Source: an uncultured bacterium
Lineage (GTDB): Bacteria; Planctomycetota; Phycisphaerae; Phycisphaerales; SM1A02
Reading direction: 5' to 3'
DNA length: 64,000 nucleotides
Assembly: GCA_903911205.1 (NCBI GenBank)
Contig: CAIWCL010000123.1
Location: 10,819 to 74,818, forward strand
The notes beneath the pieces were generated by a model. The model did not search any database. It worked only from the letters and a program-made list of their open reading frames with translations, and was not told the DNA's origin. The translations under genes were made by a program, and so were the position numbers. This document shows positions 25,905-35,590 of the stretch, piece after piece. Positions within the stretch are counted from its first letter, which is position 1. Every line of letters begins with the position of its first letter.

Positions 25905-28900
25905 TCACTCGTCACCACCGCCCGAGGGGCGCTCGCCCGGCGAGAGCTTGCGCACGCGACCGCCGTACAGCGACCGCGGCTTGGGCGGAACGGGTTTCGC
26001 TTCAGTTGGTCGAGTTTCCGCCGGAGGTGCGGCGGGTGCGGGTGGCTTGGCACTGCGGTTGTCGTTGCGGCCTCTGTCACGGTTTCCACTGCGGTTTTCG
26101 GCGCGGTTTTCGCCGCGGCTTCCATCTCGGTTACCGCCACGGTTACCGTCACGGTTACTGCCACGGCTTTCACCGCGCTTGCCACCGCGGGTTTCGCCAC
26201 GGGTTTCATTGCGATCGCGACCGTTGCCCTGATTTCGATCACGGCCCTGTTCGCGAATCTCTGCACGGTTTTCCGAGCGATTTTCGTTGCGTTGATCGCT
26301 GCCCGAGGCCCCTCGTTCTTCACCATCACGTTGCTTGTTGCGACCTCGACCACCGCGTCGGCGTCGTCGACGTCGTCGACCGCCACCTTCACCGCGATCA
26401 TCATCGGAAGGTTCGCCCGTGGTTTCTTCACGCGAGTCTTCAGAGTCCTCCGATGGCTCGTCGCCTGCGTCATCCTCGGCAGCTTCACGCGATGGAGTTG
26501 CGTCGTCGGACGCTTCCGGCGCAGCGTTGGACGCCGTTTCGTCACGATCATCACCATCACGATCATCACCATCACGATCATCACCATCACGATCATCACC
26601 ATCACGATCATCACTACGGCGTCCACCGCGACCGCCACGGCCGCGACGACGACGACGCTTCCGGCGACCGCCGCCCTCGCCAGCCTCACTCGCGTCCACG
26701 CCCGATGATCCGTCGTCGTCATGGCCGACGCTCCCGGATTCGGGCTCGGGTGCGGGCTCCGGTACGTCAAACGGCGGCTTGCCGTAGGCCTTGCGAATCG
26801 CGTCGCCTTGCTCGCCAGTCAGCATCGACTGGTGACCCTTGACCTCGATCTCGAGTTCTGCGCACTTCGCCAGCACTTCCTTGCTGGTGAGTTCGATTTC
26901 CTTGGCGATGGCATGCACGCGGATCGGATCGCTCGGTTCGCGGGGCGGGGGAGGCGGTGCAATGGGCTTCGCAGTGATCGGCTTCTGGGTGCGAGGTGCG
27001 TCGGTCTGCGCGCCTGCTGGCGCACCGGACATTTGACCTTCCCCGAAACCATCTCGATCGCGTCCGCCGCGACCGCGACGACGACGGCGGCGACGACGAC
27101 GACCGCCGCCTTCGCCTTGCTCCGACTGCGCGGACGATTCGCCGCTGCCTTCCTCGTCGTTTTCTTCATCTTCAGACGCTGCAGCGTCTTCCGACGCGCG
27201 CTCAGCCGCGGCGCGCGCTGCGCGTTCTGCATCGCGCTTTGCCGCGTCCCGCTTCATCTGCTCTTCGCGCTCAAGTGCAGAGACAAAACTCGGCTCCTCT
27301 TCGTCGATCTCCGGGAGATCGTCGAAGCCACCCGAAAGGATGATCGAAGTTGCGTCCGCCGCCGCTGGCTTCCTCCGCCGACGTCGTCGACGACGACCGC
27401 CGCCCTGACGCTCCTCGCCACTCGCGCCTGTTGCACCGCCGACATCGGACTCTTCGTCGTCTTCGATTTCGGTCGGGAAACTCGCGAGTGCGGGCATTTG
27501 GAACTTCTGTGGCTTGTCGAGATCGACATCTGCGCCGCGATCGTCGTACGCGTAGATGTCCACGCGGTCGACCGCGATCGCTTCGCTGATCCGAACATCG
27601 ATCTTCTTCGAGAAGAGATCTTCAAGTTCAACCATCGCGCGACGCTTCCGCGAGAGGAGAACCGCCGCGACCTTCGCTGAGCACACGAGTTCGAGTCGGG
27701 CAACACGTTCCATGTCGAAGACAAGTTGCATGCGGCGCAGTGCATCGCTTGCAACGCTGTCCGGCATACGAATCTCGCCGTGGCCCGCACAGTGCGGGCA
27801 GTCCATGTAGTGCGTCTTGCGCAGACTCGGACGCATGCGTTGGCGCGTGAGTTCGAGAATGCCGAACTCACTGATCTCGCCGACGGTCGTTTTTGCACGA
27901 TCGCGCGCAAGATTCTTCTTGAATCGCTCTTCGATATCGCGGCGGTGCTTCGACGCGCGCATATCGATGAGGTCGCAAATCACCACGCCGCCAAGATCGC
28001 GCAGGCGTAGTTGCCGCGCGATTTCATCAACCGCTTCTTGATTTGTTTGATAGGCGTTCGTCTCGCTGTCGCGTGCGCTGCGTGAACGTCCGGAGTTGAC
28101 GTCGATGGCGACCAGTGCTTCCGCTTGATCGATCACCAACGCGCCGCCCGATGGAAGCGGCACTTCACGCGCGTGGATCAGATCGACTTGTCGTTCGACA
28201 TCGAACGCGTGGAAAATCGGCCGACGTCGATCGTAGAAGTGCACTTTCGTCGCGGCTTTCGGCGCAACGACCTCGAGGAATGCGCGCGCGCGGCCAAACG
28301 CACTTTCGCTATCGACGACGATGCCGTCGACCGACGAATCGATCGAATCACGGATCGTACGCAGCAGAATGTCGCCCTCGGCGTAGAGTTGGCATGGCGC
28401 GCCCACGGCGTTCATGCGCTTCTCCATCACCTCCCAAAGTCGGGTGAGGTACTGCGCGTCACGTGCGAGTTCAGTACGCGTGGCGTCAAAGCCTGCGGTG
28501 CGCAGGATGAACCCGAACCCCTTGGGAAGATCGAGCGAGTCAAGGATTTTCCGCATCTTGCGGCGGCCTTCCTCGTCATCGACTTTTCGCGACACGCCGA
28601 CGTTGTCCATGTCAGGCATCATCACGAGCAGGCGCCCGGGAATGGACAGATAGCTTGTGACCGTCGGGCCCTTCGAGCCAATGCCTTCCTTCAGCACTTG
28701 GACGGTGATCTCTTGCCCGCGCTTCAGCGCTTCCTGCATCATCGGGCGTGCGCGTCGCGGGATCTTGCGGCCAACCTTCTCGGTGCGAACCTTCTCGTCA
28801 CCATCGTCATCGCGGCCGTGCTTCTTTGGGAAGTACTTTGGATGAAGATCGGAGATGTGGAGGAAGCCGTTTGCGCCCTCGCCGAAGTCGACGAACGCAG

Positions 28901-29615
28901 CTTGGATGGCTGGCTCGACGTTGACGACACGCGCCTTATAGATTGAGCCCACGTTGGTGGAGGTTGCCGCGCGTTCGGTGAAGAATTGCGCGAGTTTTCC
29001 TTGCTCAAGAATCGCGATGCGTGTTTCTTCGCCAGGAATGTCGTTCACAACGACGAGTTGCTTTGGCTTCTCGCCGCGGTGGGCGAGCGCGTCCTCGCCG
29101 CGTTCTGAGTCTGCGTGGTCGGAATCTGCATCGTTCGCAGGGCGATCGAAGTCGCGCATCGATGCGCGCGCATATGCCGCGGCGGCGTCCTCAGCGTCTT
29201 CCTCCTCCGCCATTTCGTCCGCCATTTCGTCAGTATCGAACGACGATTCCACTCCGTTGGACTCATTGGAGCCTGCCGTCGTGGCTCCGCCGTGCGAGAT
29301 TTCGGCGAGCCCCGCGAGGATCTCGGCAGCGAGATCGTCTGCTTCGGTAAATCCGAAGCCCATGCCGGGGTTCTCTTCAAACTCGGGGTTCTCTCCCGGA
29401 TCTGGGTTCTGTTCAGAACGATGGGTTTCGCGCGAAGTCCCCTCCGCCACGGCGTCATCGTGCGTCCACGCGCTCGCGCTTCGCGGTTGTCCGTCCATTC
29501 CGCGAGTTTCCCCACGAGTCTCTCCACGAGTCTCTCCGCGAGCTCCTGTGTGGGTAGCGTCGCTCGAGTTGCCTGCTTCTTTCCCTGACTCTGCCGCATC
29601 ATTCTGATCAGTCAT
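25905..29615 (-). CDS. rne: ribonuclease E/G family endoribonuclease with N- and C-terminal low-complexity extensions
   Basis: S1 domain GSIYKARVVNVEPAIQAAFVDFGEGANGFLHISDL, catalytic core LVAIDVNSGR, and zinc link CPHCAGHG. The C-terminal half has poly-Arg blocks (GGGRRRRRRRRRGRGG), (DDRDG)5, an N/R/G/D-rich tail and an IF2_N-like module. Confidence 0.9.
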   Translation of the reverse strand: MTDQNDAAESGKEAGNSSDATHTGARGETRGETRGETRGMDGQPRSASAWTHDDAVAEGTSRETHRSEQNPDPGENPEFEENPGMGFGFTEADDLAAEILAGLAEISHGGATTAGSNESNGVESSFDTDEMADEMAEEEDAEDAAAAYARASMRDFDRPANDADSDHADSERGEDALAHRGEKPKQLVVVNDIPGEETRIAILEQGKLAQFFTERAATSTNVGSIYKARVVNVEPAIQAAFVDFGEGANGFLHISDLHPKYFPKKHGRDDDGDEKVRTEKVGRKIPRRARPMMQEALKRGQEITVQVLKEGIGSKGPTVTSYLSIPGRLLVMMPDMDNVGVSRKVDDEEGRRKMRKILDSLDLPKGFGFILRTAGFDATRTELARDAQYLTRLWEVMEKRMNAVGAPCQLYAEGDILLRTIRDSIDSSVDGIVVDSESAFGRARAFLEVVAPKAATKVHFYDRRRPIFHAFDVERQVDLIHAREVPLPSGGALVIDQAEALVAIDVNSGRSRSARDSETNAYQTNQEAVDEIARQLRLRDLGGVVICDLIDMRASKHRRDIEERFKKNLARDRAKTTVGEISEFGILELTRQRMRPSLRKTHYMDCPHCAGHGEIRMPDSVASDALRRMQLVFDMERVARLELVCSAKVAAVLLSRKRRAMVELEDLFSKKIDVRISEAIAVDRVDIYAYDDRGADVDLDKPQKFQMPALASFPTEIEDDEESDVGGATGASGEERQGGGRRRRRRRRKPAAADATSIILSGGFDDLPEIDEEEPSFVSALEREEQMKRDAAKRDAERAARAAAERASEDAAASEDEENDEEGSGESSAQSEQGEGGGRRRRRRRRRGRGGRDRDGFGEGQMSGAPAGAQTDAPRTQKPITAKPIAPPPPPREPSDPIRVHAIAKEIELTSKEVLAKCAELEIEVKGHQSMLTGEQGDAIRKAYGKPPFDVPEPAPEPESGSVGHDDDGSSGVDASEAGEGGGRRKRRRRRGRGGRGGRRSDDRDGDDRDGDDRDGDDRDGDDRDETASNAAPEASDDATPSREAAEDDAGDEPSEDSEDSREETTGEPSDDDRGEGGGRRRRRRRRGGRGRNKQRDGEERGASGSDQRNENRSENRAEIREQGRDRNQGNGRDRNETRGETRGGKRGESRGSNRDGNRGGNRDGSRGENRAENRSGNRDRGRNDNRSAKPPAPAAPPAETRPTEAKPVPPKPRSLYGGRVRKLSPGERPSGGGDE

Positions 29616-30252
29616 CGCCTACGCCGAATCTCTGGATTGCTCCAGCCTGCGAGGCGTGAACAGACGGGTCGTGGAAGGTCGGAGGAACAGTCCTCAGGCG
29701 GACCTGTGCGGATGGACTCCGCGCATATCGCGCACTGGGCGCATGGTGGCTCCTAGAAATCTCCGAGAAATCTCGGAGAGTTCCTAAGAATCAACCGAGG
29801 ACGCGAGCCACGTATGGAGGTGGCCCGCTTCAGCTCGGCCGCCGAGGAGCGTGGTAGCTCCGAAGCGCCTGCGTCGCGTGACTCGCCGCAAGCCGTTCGC
29901 GCGAGGCGCGAGGGGCATGCGCGGCGCGCACGCAAAGTTCCCTACCGGGGCGGATGGCGCGATGCGCCGGTTCCACCACCGTCCGACCGTCCGGGGGCGC
30001 GGTTTCCGTCATTCCAGCGCAGTGCGCCGGCGGGGAAGCCCGCGACCGTTCATCCCGATTGGCAGGCGGAACGTCCGCCGAGCCAAGAAGTTGCCCAACC
30101 GATCAACTCGAAACGATTCCGAGTGTGTGGCTGTTCACGGCCTCAATATTTCTTGTTGTTCGATCCCGCGTCCGTTCTGAGCATTTGTCGTGCACGTGTA
30201 TCGTGCACGCTTGGCGTGGGCGTTTGTGGAGGACATCCGTTGTGGACGTCGT

Positions 30253-32040
30253 TCACTCTGCCATCCAGCCGCCGAACGAATCGGGATCGATTTTTCTGAG
30301 TTCGTCGCGGAGGGTGTTGAGCACCTGCCGCTCGGAATCGAACGAGCCAACCCGGCGGGCCAACTGTTCGCAGTGGGGGATGTCGACGGATCGGATCACA
30401 CGCTTGATGAGCGGGATCTGACTCGGGACAAGCGAGAGTGTACGCATTCCCAGTCCGATCAGCAACATCGTGTAGATCGCCTCACCAGCGACCTCGCCGC
30501 AGAGAGAAACGTCAATTCCTGCACGACGACCCGATCGGACCACTTGCTTGATGAGATACAGGACCGCCGGCGACGCGCCTGTGTAAAGATTCGCCACGCG
30601 CTCGTTCCCGCGATCGACCGCCAAGGTGTACTGGATGAGGTCGTTTGTTCCGATGGAGAAGAACGAGCATTCATCCGCGAAAGCGCGCGCCATGAGCGCC
30701 GCGCTCGGCACCTCGATCATGATTCCGGTCTGGATCGCGCGGTCGAATGGAATGCCCTCTTCGTCCAACTCTTCGCAGACGTCATTCAAAATCATCTTCG
30801 CTTGTCGCAACTCCATCAGAGTGGAAACAAGCGGAAACATGATCTTGACCGGCCCTGCAACGCTTGCGCGCAGAATGGCGCGGAGTTGCGTCTTGAAGAG
30901 TTCGCGGTTCTGCAGGCAGTAGCGAATCGAACGAAGCCCAAGGAATGGGTTTCGTTCCGGCTCGTGTGCGCGCTGTTGCGTGTATTTGTCGGCGCCGAGG
31001 TCGAGCGTGCGAATCGTGCACGGACGTCCCGCGAGCAGTTCGAGCGTGCGGCGGTATGCTTGGTATTGCTCTTCTTCGCTCGGCTCGTGGTCGTTGGTGA
31101 GGTAGAGGAACTCTGTGCGATAGAGGCCAACCCCATCGCCGCCATTTGCGAGAACGCTTTCAACTTCGTGCGGAAACTCGATGTTCCCGAGCAGTTGAAT
31201 GCGCGTTCCGTCCTTCGTGACGGCTTCGAGCGGTGCCGTCTCGCGCAATACTTTGCGATACGCCGAGAAGCGCTCTTGCTGGACTCGATATTCCTCGAGT
31301 GTTCGCTCAGTTGGGCGCACAATGACAACGCCGGTATCGCCGTCGATGATGACGGTGTCACCGTCTTCTGCGCGTTCCATGACGCGCTGGCAACCGACAA
31401 CGCAAGGGATTTCGATCGCGCGTGCGACGATCGAGGTGTGGCTCGTGCGGCCGCCGAGATCGGTGGCGATGCCGAGGATCTTCTTTCGATCCATGCCCGC
31501 TGTTTGCGATGGCGTGAGTTCGTGAGCGACGATGATGACGGGTTCGTCGAGCGCGGAGAGTCGCGACTCGTTCTCGCCCATCAGCTTGCTCAGCACGCGT
31601 CGATCAAGATCGAGCACGTCGTTCGCCTTCTGACGGAAGACTTCATTGCCGATGGCGAGAAACTGTTCGGTGACTCTACGAAACGCATCCGCGACGGCGA
31701 CCTCTGCATTGATGCGATCCTTCCGAATGCGCTCGCGCATCGGGCCGACGAGCGCAGGATCCTGCAGGAGTCCGAGATGGAATCCGAAGATCTTCGCGGC
31801 CTCGCGACCGAGCTGCTGTTCAGTTCGATCGCGCAGGACAATGAGGTCAGCGTTCGCGTCGCGAAGGGCGCCCTCAAGGCGGGTCAGTTCCGCGTCGACC
31901 TCGTTCTCCTCGATGTCGCGACGGGGGACGTGCGTTTCCGCCTCGCCCAGCACAAACACGCGCCCGATCACGATGCCGGGAGAGACCGGGATGCCCTTCA
32001 CGGTCTGCATGGGCTTGGGTTGTTGCGTGGTGAGCGGCAT
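30253..32040 (-). CDS. ptsI: phosphoenolpyruvate-protein phosphotransferase (PTS enzyme I)
   Basis: VKGIPVSPGIVIGRVFVL, phospho-His region GGRTSHTSIVARAIEIPCVVG, and FFSIGTNDLIQYTLAVDR. Start chosen at MPLTTQQ (32040); MQTVKG at 32010 is an alternative. Confidence 0.9.
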   Translation of the reverse strand: MPLTTQQPKPMQTVKGIPVSPGIVIGRVFVLGEAETHVPRRDIEENEVDAELTRLEGALRDANADLIVLRDRTEQQLGREAAKIFGFHLGLLQDPALVGPMRERIRKDRINAEVAVADAFRRVTEQFLAIGNEVFRQKANDVLDLDRRVLSKLMGENESRLSALDEPVIIVAHELTPSQTAGMDRKKILGIATDLGGRTSHTSIVARAIEIPCVVGCQRVMERAEDGDTVIIDGDTGVVIVRPTERTLEEYRVQQERFSAYRKVLRETAPLEAVTKDGTRIQLLGNIEFPHEVESVLANGGDGVGLYRTEFLYLTNDHEPSEEEQYQAYRRTLELLAGRPCTIRTLDLGADKYTQQRAHEPERNPFLGLRSIRYCLQNRELFKTQLRAILRASVAGPVKIMFPLVSTLMELRQAKMILNDVCEELDEEGIPFDRAIQTGIMIEVPSAALMARAFADECSFFSIGTNDLIQYTLAVDRGNERVANLYTGASPAVLYLIKQVVRSGRRAGIDVSLCGEVAGEAIYTMLLIGLGMRTLSLVPSQIPLIKRVIRSVDIPHCEQLARRVGSFDSERQVLNTLRDELRKIDPDSFGGWMAE

Positions 32041-32311
32041 CGAAGGAGACAGTCTACAGGGAGGCTCTACCGGGCGAGTTGCACAAGCGTCGCGCTTCGT
32101 CGCGCGGAGCGATACGGTCGGGATGTCGAGCGTGCCTGCAGGACCGGCGCTCGTTCCGAGCGGCAAATCTCGACGCTTGTGGCGCAAAGGGGGCACTGCC
32201 CGCTCGAGATTTGCGCCCCTTGCTCTCCCTTCGGGCCAGCGGTGCCCAACGGCTTTCAGTGGTTGGCGCGAGGAGTGGGGCCTTGGCCGTGGCGCGGGCG
32301 ACACGGCCGAT

Positions 32312-32357
32312 GTGTAGAAAAGACAGGCGGCCGAAGCGTGTGCCTCAGCCGCCTGTC
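32312..32357 (-). terminator. putative intrinsic terminator after dnaK
   Basis: 10-bp stem (32322..32331 gacaggcggc pairs with 32348..32357 gccgcctgtc) with a 16-nt loop. On the minus strand it is followed by TTTTCT. Confidence 0.5.
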
Positions 32358-32376
32358 GGTCTTCGACTGAATTGGC

Positions 32377-34290
32377 TCAGTTGCCGTCCTTGACCTCGTA
32401 CTCCGCGTCGATGACGTCGTCCTTTTTGGTGCCGCCATCGGTTGCGCCTGCCGCACCTGCCGCGGGGCCTTCAGCCTTCGCCGACTCGTAGGAAATCTTG
32501 CCGAGTTCCTGTGCCGCGGTGTTGAGCGCGTCGAGCGCCTTCTGGATCGCGGCTGGGTCATCGCCCTTGACGCGCTCTTCGACGTTCGAAATCGCACTCT
32601 CGATCGAGCTGCGCGTTGCAGCCGGCACCTTGTCGCCAAGATCCGTCATCGCCTTCTTCGTGCCGTAGACGACTTGCTCGGCCTGATTGCGGAGATCGAT
32701 GAGTTCGCGGCGCTGCTTGTCGGCAGACGCGTTTTCTTCGGCTTCGCGCTTCATCTTCTCGATGTCGTCCTTCGACAAGCCCGAGGAGCCAGTGATCTTG
32801 ATCTCTTGCTTCTTGTTCGTCGCCTTGTCGGTCGCCGAAACGTTGAGGATGCCGTTCGCGTCGATCGCGAATTCGACCTCAATTTGCGGCGTGCCGCGCT
32901 GCGCAGGCGGAATACCCGTCAAGTCGAACTTTCCGAGGCTACGGTTGTCGTTCGCCATCGGGCGCTCGCCTTGCAGCACGTGAATCGTCACTGAGTTCTG
33001 ATTGTCAGACGCGGTCGAGAAGGTTTCCTTCTTCGAGGTTGGAATCGTCGTGTTGCGCGGGATGAGCGTGGTCATCACGCTGCCGAGCGTTTCAACGCCG
33101 AGCGAAAGCGGGGTGACGTCGAGAAGGAGGACGTCCTTCACGTCGCCGACGAGCACGCCGCCTTGGATTGCTGCGCCAATCGCGACGACTTCGTCGGGGT
33201 TGATCGAGCGATCGAGCGATTCCGTCTTGAAGATCTCCTTCGCGATTTGCTGGACCTTCGGAATACGGATCGAGCCACCGACCATCACGACTTCCTGCAC
33301 TTCGCTTGCGCTGAGCTTCGCGTCTTTCAACGCTTGCTCGCAGGGGCCACGAAGGCGCGTGAAAAGATCCGCGCACATGTCTTCAAACTTCGCACGCGTG
33401 ACCGTCACTTGCAGGTGCTTGGGGCCGTTCTGATCGGCCGTGATGAACGGCAGATTGACCGTCGTTTCCATCTGTGTGGAAAGTTCGATCTTCGCCTTCT
33501 CCGCAGCTTCCTTGAGGCGCTGCAGCGCCATCGCGTCCTTCGTGATGTCGATGCCTTCACGCTTGCGGAATTCATCGGCGAGGAACGTGATGAGTCGATC
33601 GTCGAAGTCATCGCCACCGAGGTGGCCGTCACCGTTCGTCGAGAGCACTTCGAAGACACCATCACCGACGTCGAGGATCGACACGTCGAACGTACCGCCA
33701 CCGAGGTCGAAGACCGCGATGCGCGCGTTCTTCTTCTTTTCAAGGCCGTATGCGAGTGCGGCCGCGGTCGGCTCGTTGATGATGCGCTCGACCTTGAGGC
33801 CTGCGATTTCGCCGGCGTCCTTGGTCGCTTGGCGCTGCGCGTCGTTGAAGTACGCAGGCACGGTGATGACTGCGCGCTCGACCTTCTCGCCGAGATAATC
33901 TTCCGCAACCTTCTTGAGTTCTTGCAGCACGACTGCGGAAATTTCCGGCGGCGTGTACTGCTTGCCGCGCACGTTGACCTTCACGAGGTCGGCGCCCGAG
34001 CCGAGCACCTCGTACGGCACCATCTTCTGTTCCTTCGCGACCTCGTCGGTGCGACGGCCCATGAAGCGCTTGATCGAGTAGATCGTGTTCCTTGGGTTGG
34101 TGACTTGTTGGTGCTTCGCGGGCTGGCCGACGAGGCGCTCGCCCTTCTCCGTGAATGCGACGACCGAGGGAGTCGTGCGGTTGCCTTGCGCGTTGATGAG
34201 AACCTTCGGCTGACCGCCTTCCATGATGGCGACGCACGAATTGGTGGTGCCGAGGTCGATGCCGATGATCTTGCTGTTTCCGTTGGACAT
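32377..34290 (-). CDS. dnaK: molecular chaperone DnaK (Hsp70)
   Basis: [32 protein letters not shown] and [13 protein letters not shown]. Start at MSNGNSK (Met 32 of the track ORF). Confidence 0.97.
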   Translation of the reverse strand: MSNGNSKIIGIDLGTTNSCVAIMEGGQPKVLINAQGNRTTPSVVAFTEKGERLVGQPAKHQQVTNPRNTIYSIKRFMGRRTDEVAKEQKMVPYEVLGSGADLVKVNVRGKQYTPPEISAVVLQELKKVAEDYLGEKVERAVITVPAYFNDAQRQATKDAGEIAGLKVERIINEPTAAALAYGLEKKKNARIAVFDLGGGTFDVSILDVGDGVFEVLSTNGDGHLGGDDFDDRLITFLADEFRKREGIDITKDAMALQRLKEAAEKAKIELSTQMETTVNLPFITADQNGPKHLQVTVTRAKFEDMCADLFTRLRGPCEQALKDAKLSASEVQEVVMVGGSIRIPKVQQIAKEIFKTESLDRSINPDEVVAIGAAIQGGVLVGDVKDVLLLDVTPLSLGVETLGSVMTTLIPRNTTIPTSKKETFSTASDNQNSVTIHVLQGERPMANDNRSLGKFDLTGIPPAQRGTPQIEVEFAIDANGILNVSATDKATNKKQEIKITGSSGLSKDDIEKMKREAEENASADKQRRELIDLRNQAEQVVYGTKKAMTDLGDKVPAATRSSIESAISNVEERVKGDDPAAIQKALDALNTAAQELGKISYESAKAEGPAAGAAGATDGGTKKDDVIDAEYEVKDGN

Positions 34291-34493
34291 AGTTTCGATT
34301 CCTTCTGCCCCGCGGGGTTGCCGGCGGGGGCGCCCGGGATTGCAACGATCGTGCCAGCCTAGAGTCGGGGGTGGGAGCGCCAAACGGGGTCTAAAGTGGC
34401 CAAAGGCCCGTGAAGGTCTGCCAAGTTGGCACCGCCCCGGTGTGCGACACGACTGCGCCCCGGCTCGACGGATGGCGGTGCTACTCTGCGGAG

Positions 34494-35519
34494 ATGTCCG
34501 CTGCCAGCCCTTCGATCGATCACGACGACCTCGACCTCGCTTGCGATCTCATGCAACACGCGACGAATCTCGCGGTCGCGGCTCGCCGGACGCTTCCCGA
34601 CGAGGCGATCGTTCGAAAGCAGGATGGTTCGGTGGTGACCGCGGTGGATGTAGCGATGCAGGTCCTCATCCTGACGCGGCTTCGGGAGGTCTTCGGCGAG
34701 GTTCCAACCATCGCCGAAGAGGATTTGCAATCGATCGGGGGGAAGCCCGCCGCCGAGTCGCACTGTCGGCACCTGCTTCGCGAGTGGGGTTTCGAGGGCG
34801 GGGAGGACCGCATCCGTTGGGCACTCAGTTCGGGAGGCCTCGACGGCGTGACGCGGGGTGTCGAATACGCATGGGTGCTCGATCCGATCGACGGGACGCA
34901 GGGTTTCATTGACGACGACCACTGGTGTCCTTGCCTCGCATTGCTTCGTCGAGGCGAGGTGATCTTCGCCTCCAACGGCTATCCGACTGTGCTCGGGGGC
35001 ATGCTCCTGAGCGGGTTGAAGGGCAACGGATCTTGGTGGAGTCCACTGGCGGGAGGCGAGTGCACACGTGCTGTGGTTTCGCAGAAGCCACTCGCGGCCG
35101 AAGAACCCGTCCGTGTGGTCGCGCCCGCGCGCGCCACGCCATCGCAAACGGAGGCGCGCTTGGCTTTGGGGCGATCGACAGGCCACGACTGCGCGTTGGT
35201 GCACTCCGACAGCCAAGCGAAGTACGGGCACGTGATCGCAGGGCTCGCGGATGTCGCCTACAGCCGTCGCGGCAACGGTCCCGGCAAATACATCTGGGAT
35301 CACGCTGGCGCTGTACTCCTCGCACGCGAAGCGGGTGCGTGGGTCGGCGATACCGACGGGCGCGAAATCGATTGTTCACTTGGACGTCGGCTCGGTGGCA
35401 ACGATGCGGTGATTTGTGCGGCCCGCGGATTAGGTCCGATGATCGCGACCGAACTTGCGGCCCGCGATCGCGCCGAGGGCACGGGACGGACGTCGCGTGT
35501 GGAAGTTCGGGGCACTTGA
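34494..35519 (+). CDS. inositol monophosphatase / 3'(2'),5'-bisphosphate nucleotidase (CysQ-like) family protein
   Basis: VTAVDVAMQ...IAEED...[13 protein letters not shown] metal-binding motifs. Start at [10 protein letters not shown] (34494). Confidence 0.8.
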   Translation: MSAASPSIDHDDLDLACDLMQHATNLAVAARRTLPDEAIVRKQDGSVVTAVDVAMQVLILTRLREVFGEVPTIAEEDLQSIGGKPAAESHCRHLLREWGFEGGEDRIRWALSSGGLDGVTRGVEYAWVLDPIDGTQGFIDDDHWCPCLALLRRGEVIFASNGYPTVLGGMLLSGLKGNGSWWSPLAGGECTRAVVSQKPLAAEEPVRVVAPARATPSQTEARLALGRSTGHDCALVHSDSQAKYGHVIAGLADVAYSRRGNGPGKYIWDHAGAVLLAREAGAWVGDTDGREIDCSLGRRLGGNDAVICAARGLGPMIATELAARDRAEGTGRTSRVEVRGT

Positions 35520-35590
35520 ATGGTGAAGGCGCTTCAACAGCGAACGTGCCTGAGTTGTGATGGCGCGCGAACCTTGATGGACTTGAATGG

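Noticed and set aside
29753-30299. Search for ptsH (HPr) or other small genes between rne and ptsI
   Set aside because: The candidate ORFs (60-161 aa) are R/A/P/S-rich with no HPr His-15 motif (GLHARPA-like). They overlap each other in several frames, as expected for non-coding high-GC DNA.
30190-32370. 726-aa plus-strand ORF, the longest plus-strand ORF in this region
   Set aside because: It is exactly antisense to ptsI, which has unambiguous enzyme I motifs. Its translation is R/A/D/L-rich with no recognisable domain. This is a typical high-GC shadow ORF.
34291-34493. Heat-shock control elements upstream of dnaK (CIRCE inverted repeat or sigma-32-type CTTGAA...CCCCAT promoter)
   Set aside because: There is no TTAGCACTC-N9-GAGTGCTAA-like inverted repeat. 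The only CTTG...CCCCGTTT combination has wrong spacing (10 or 20 nt), so no call was made.
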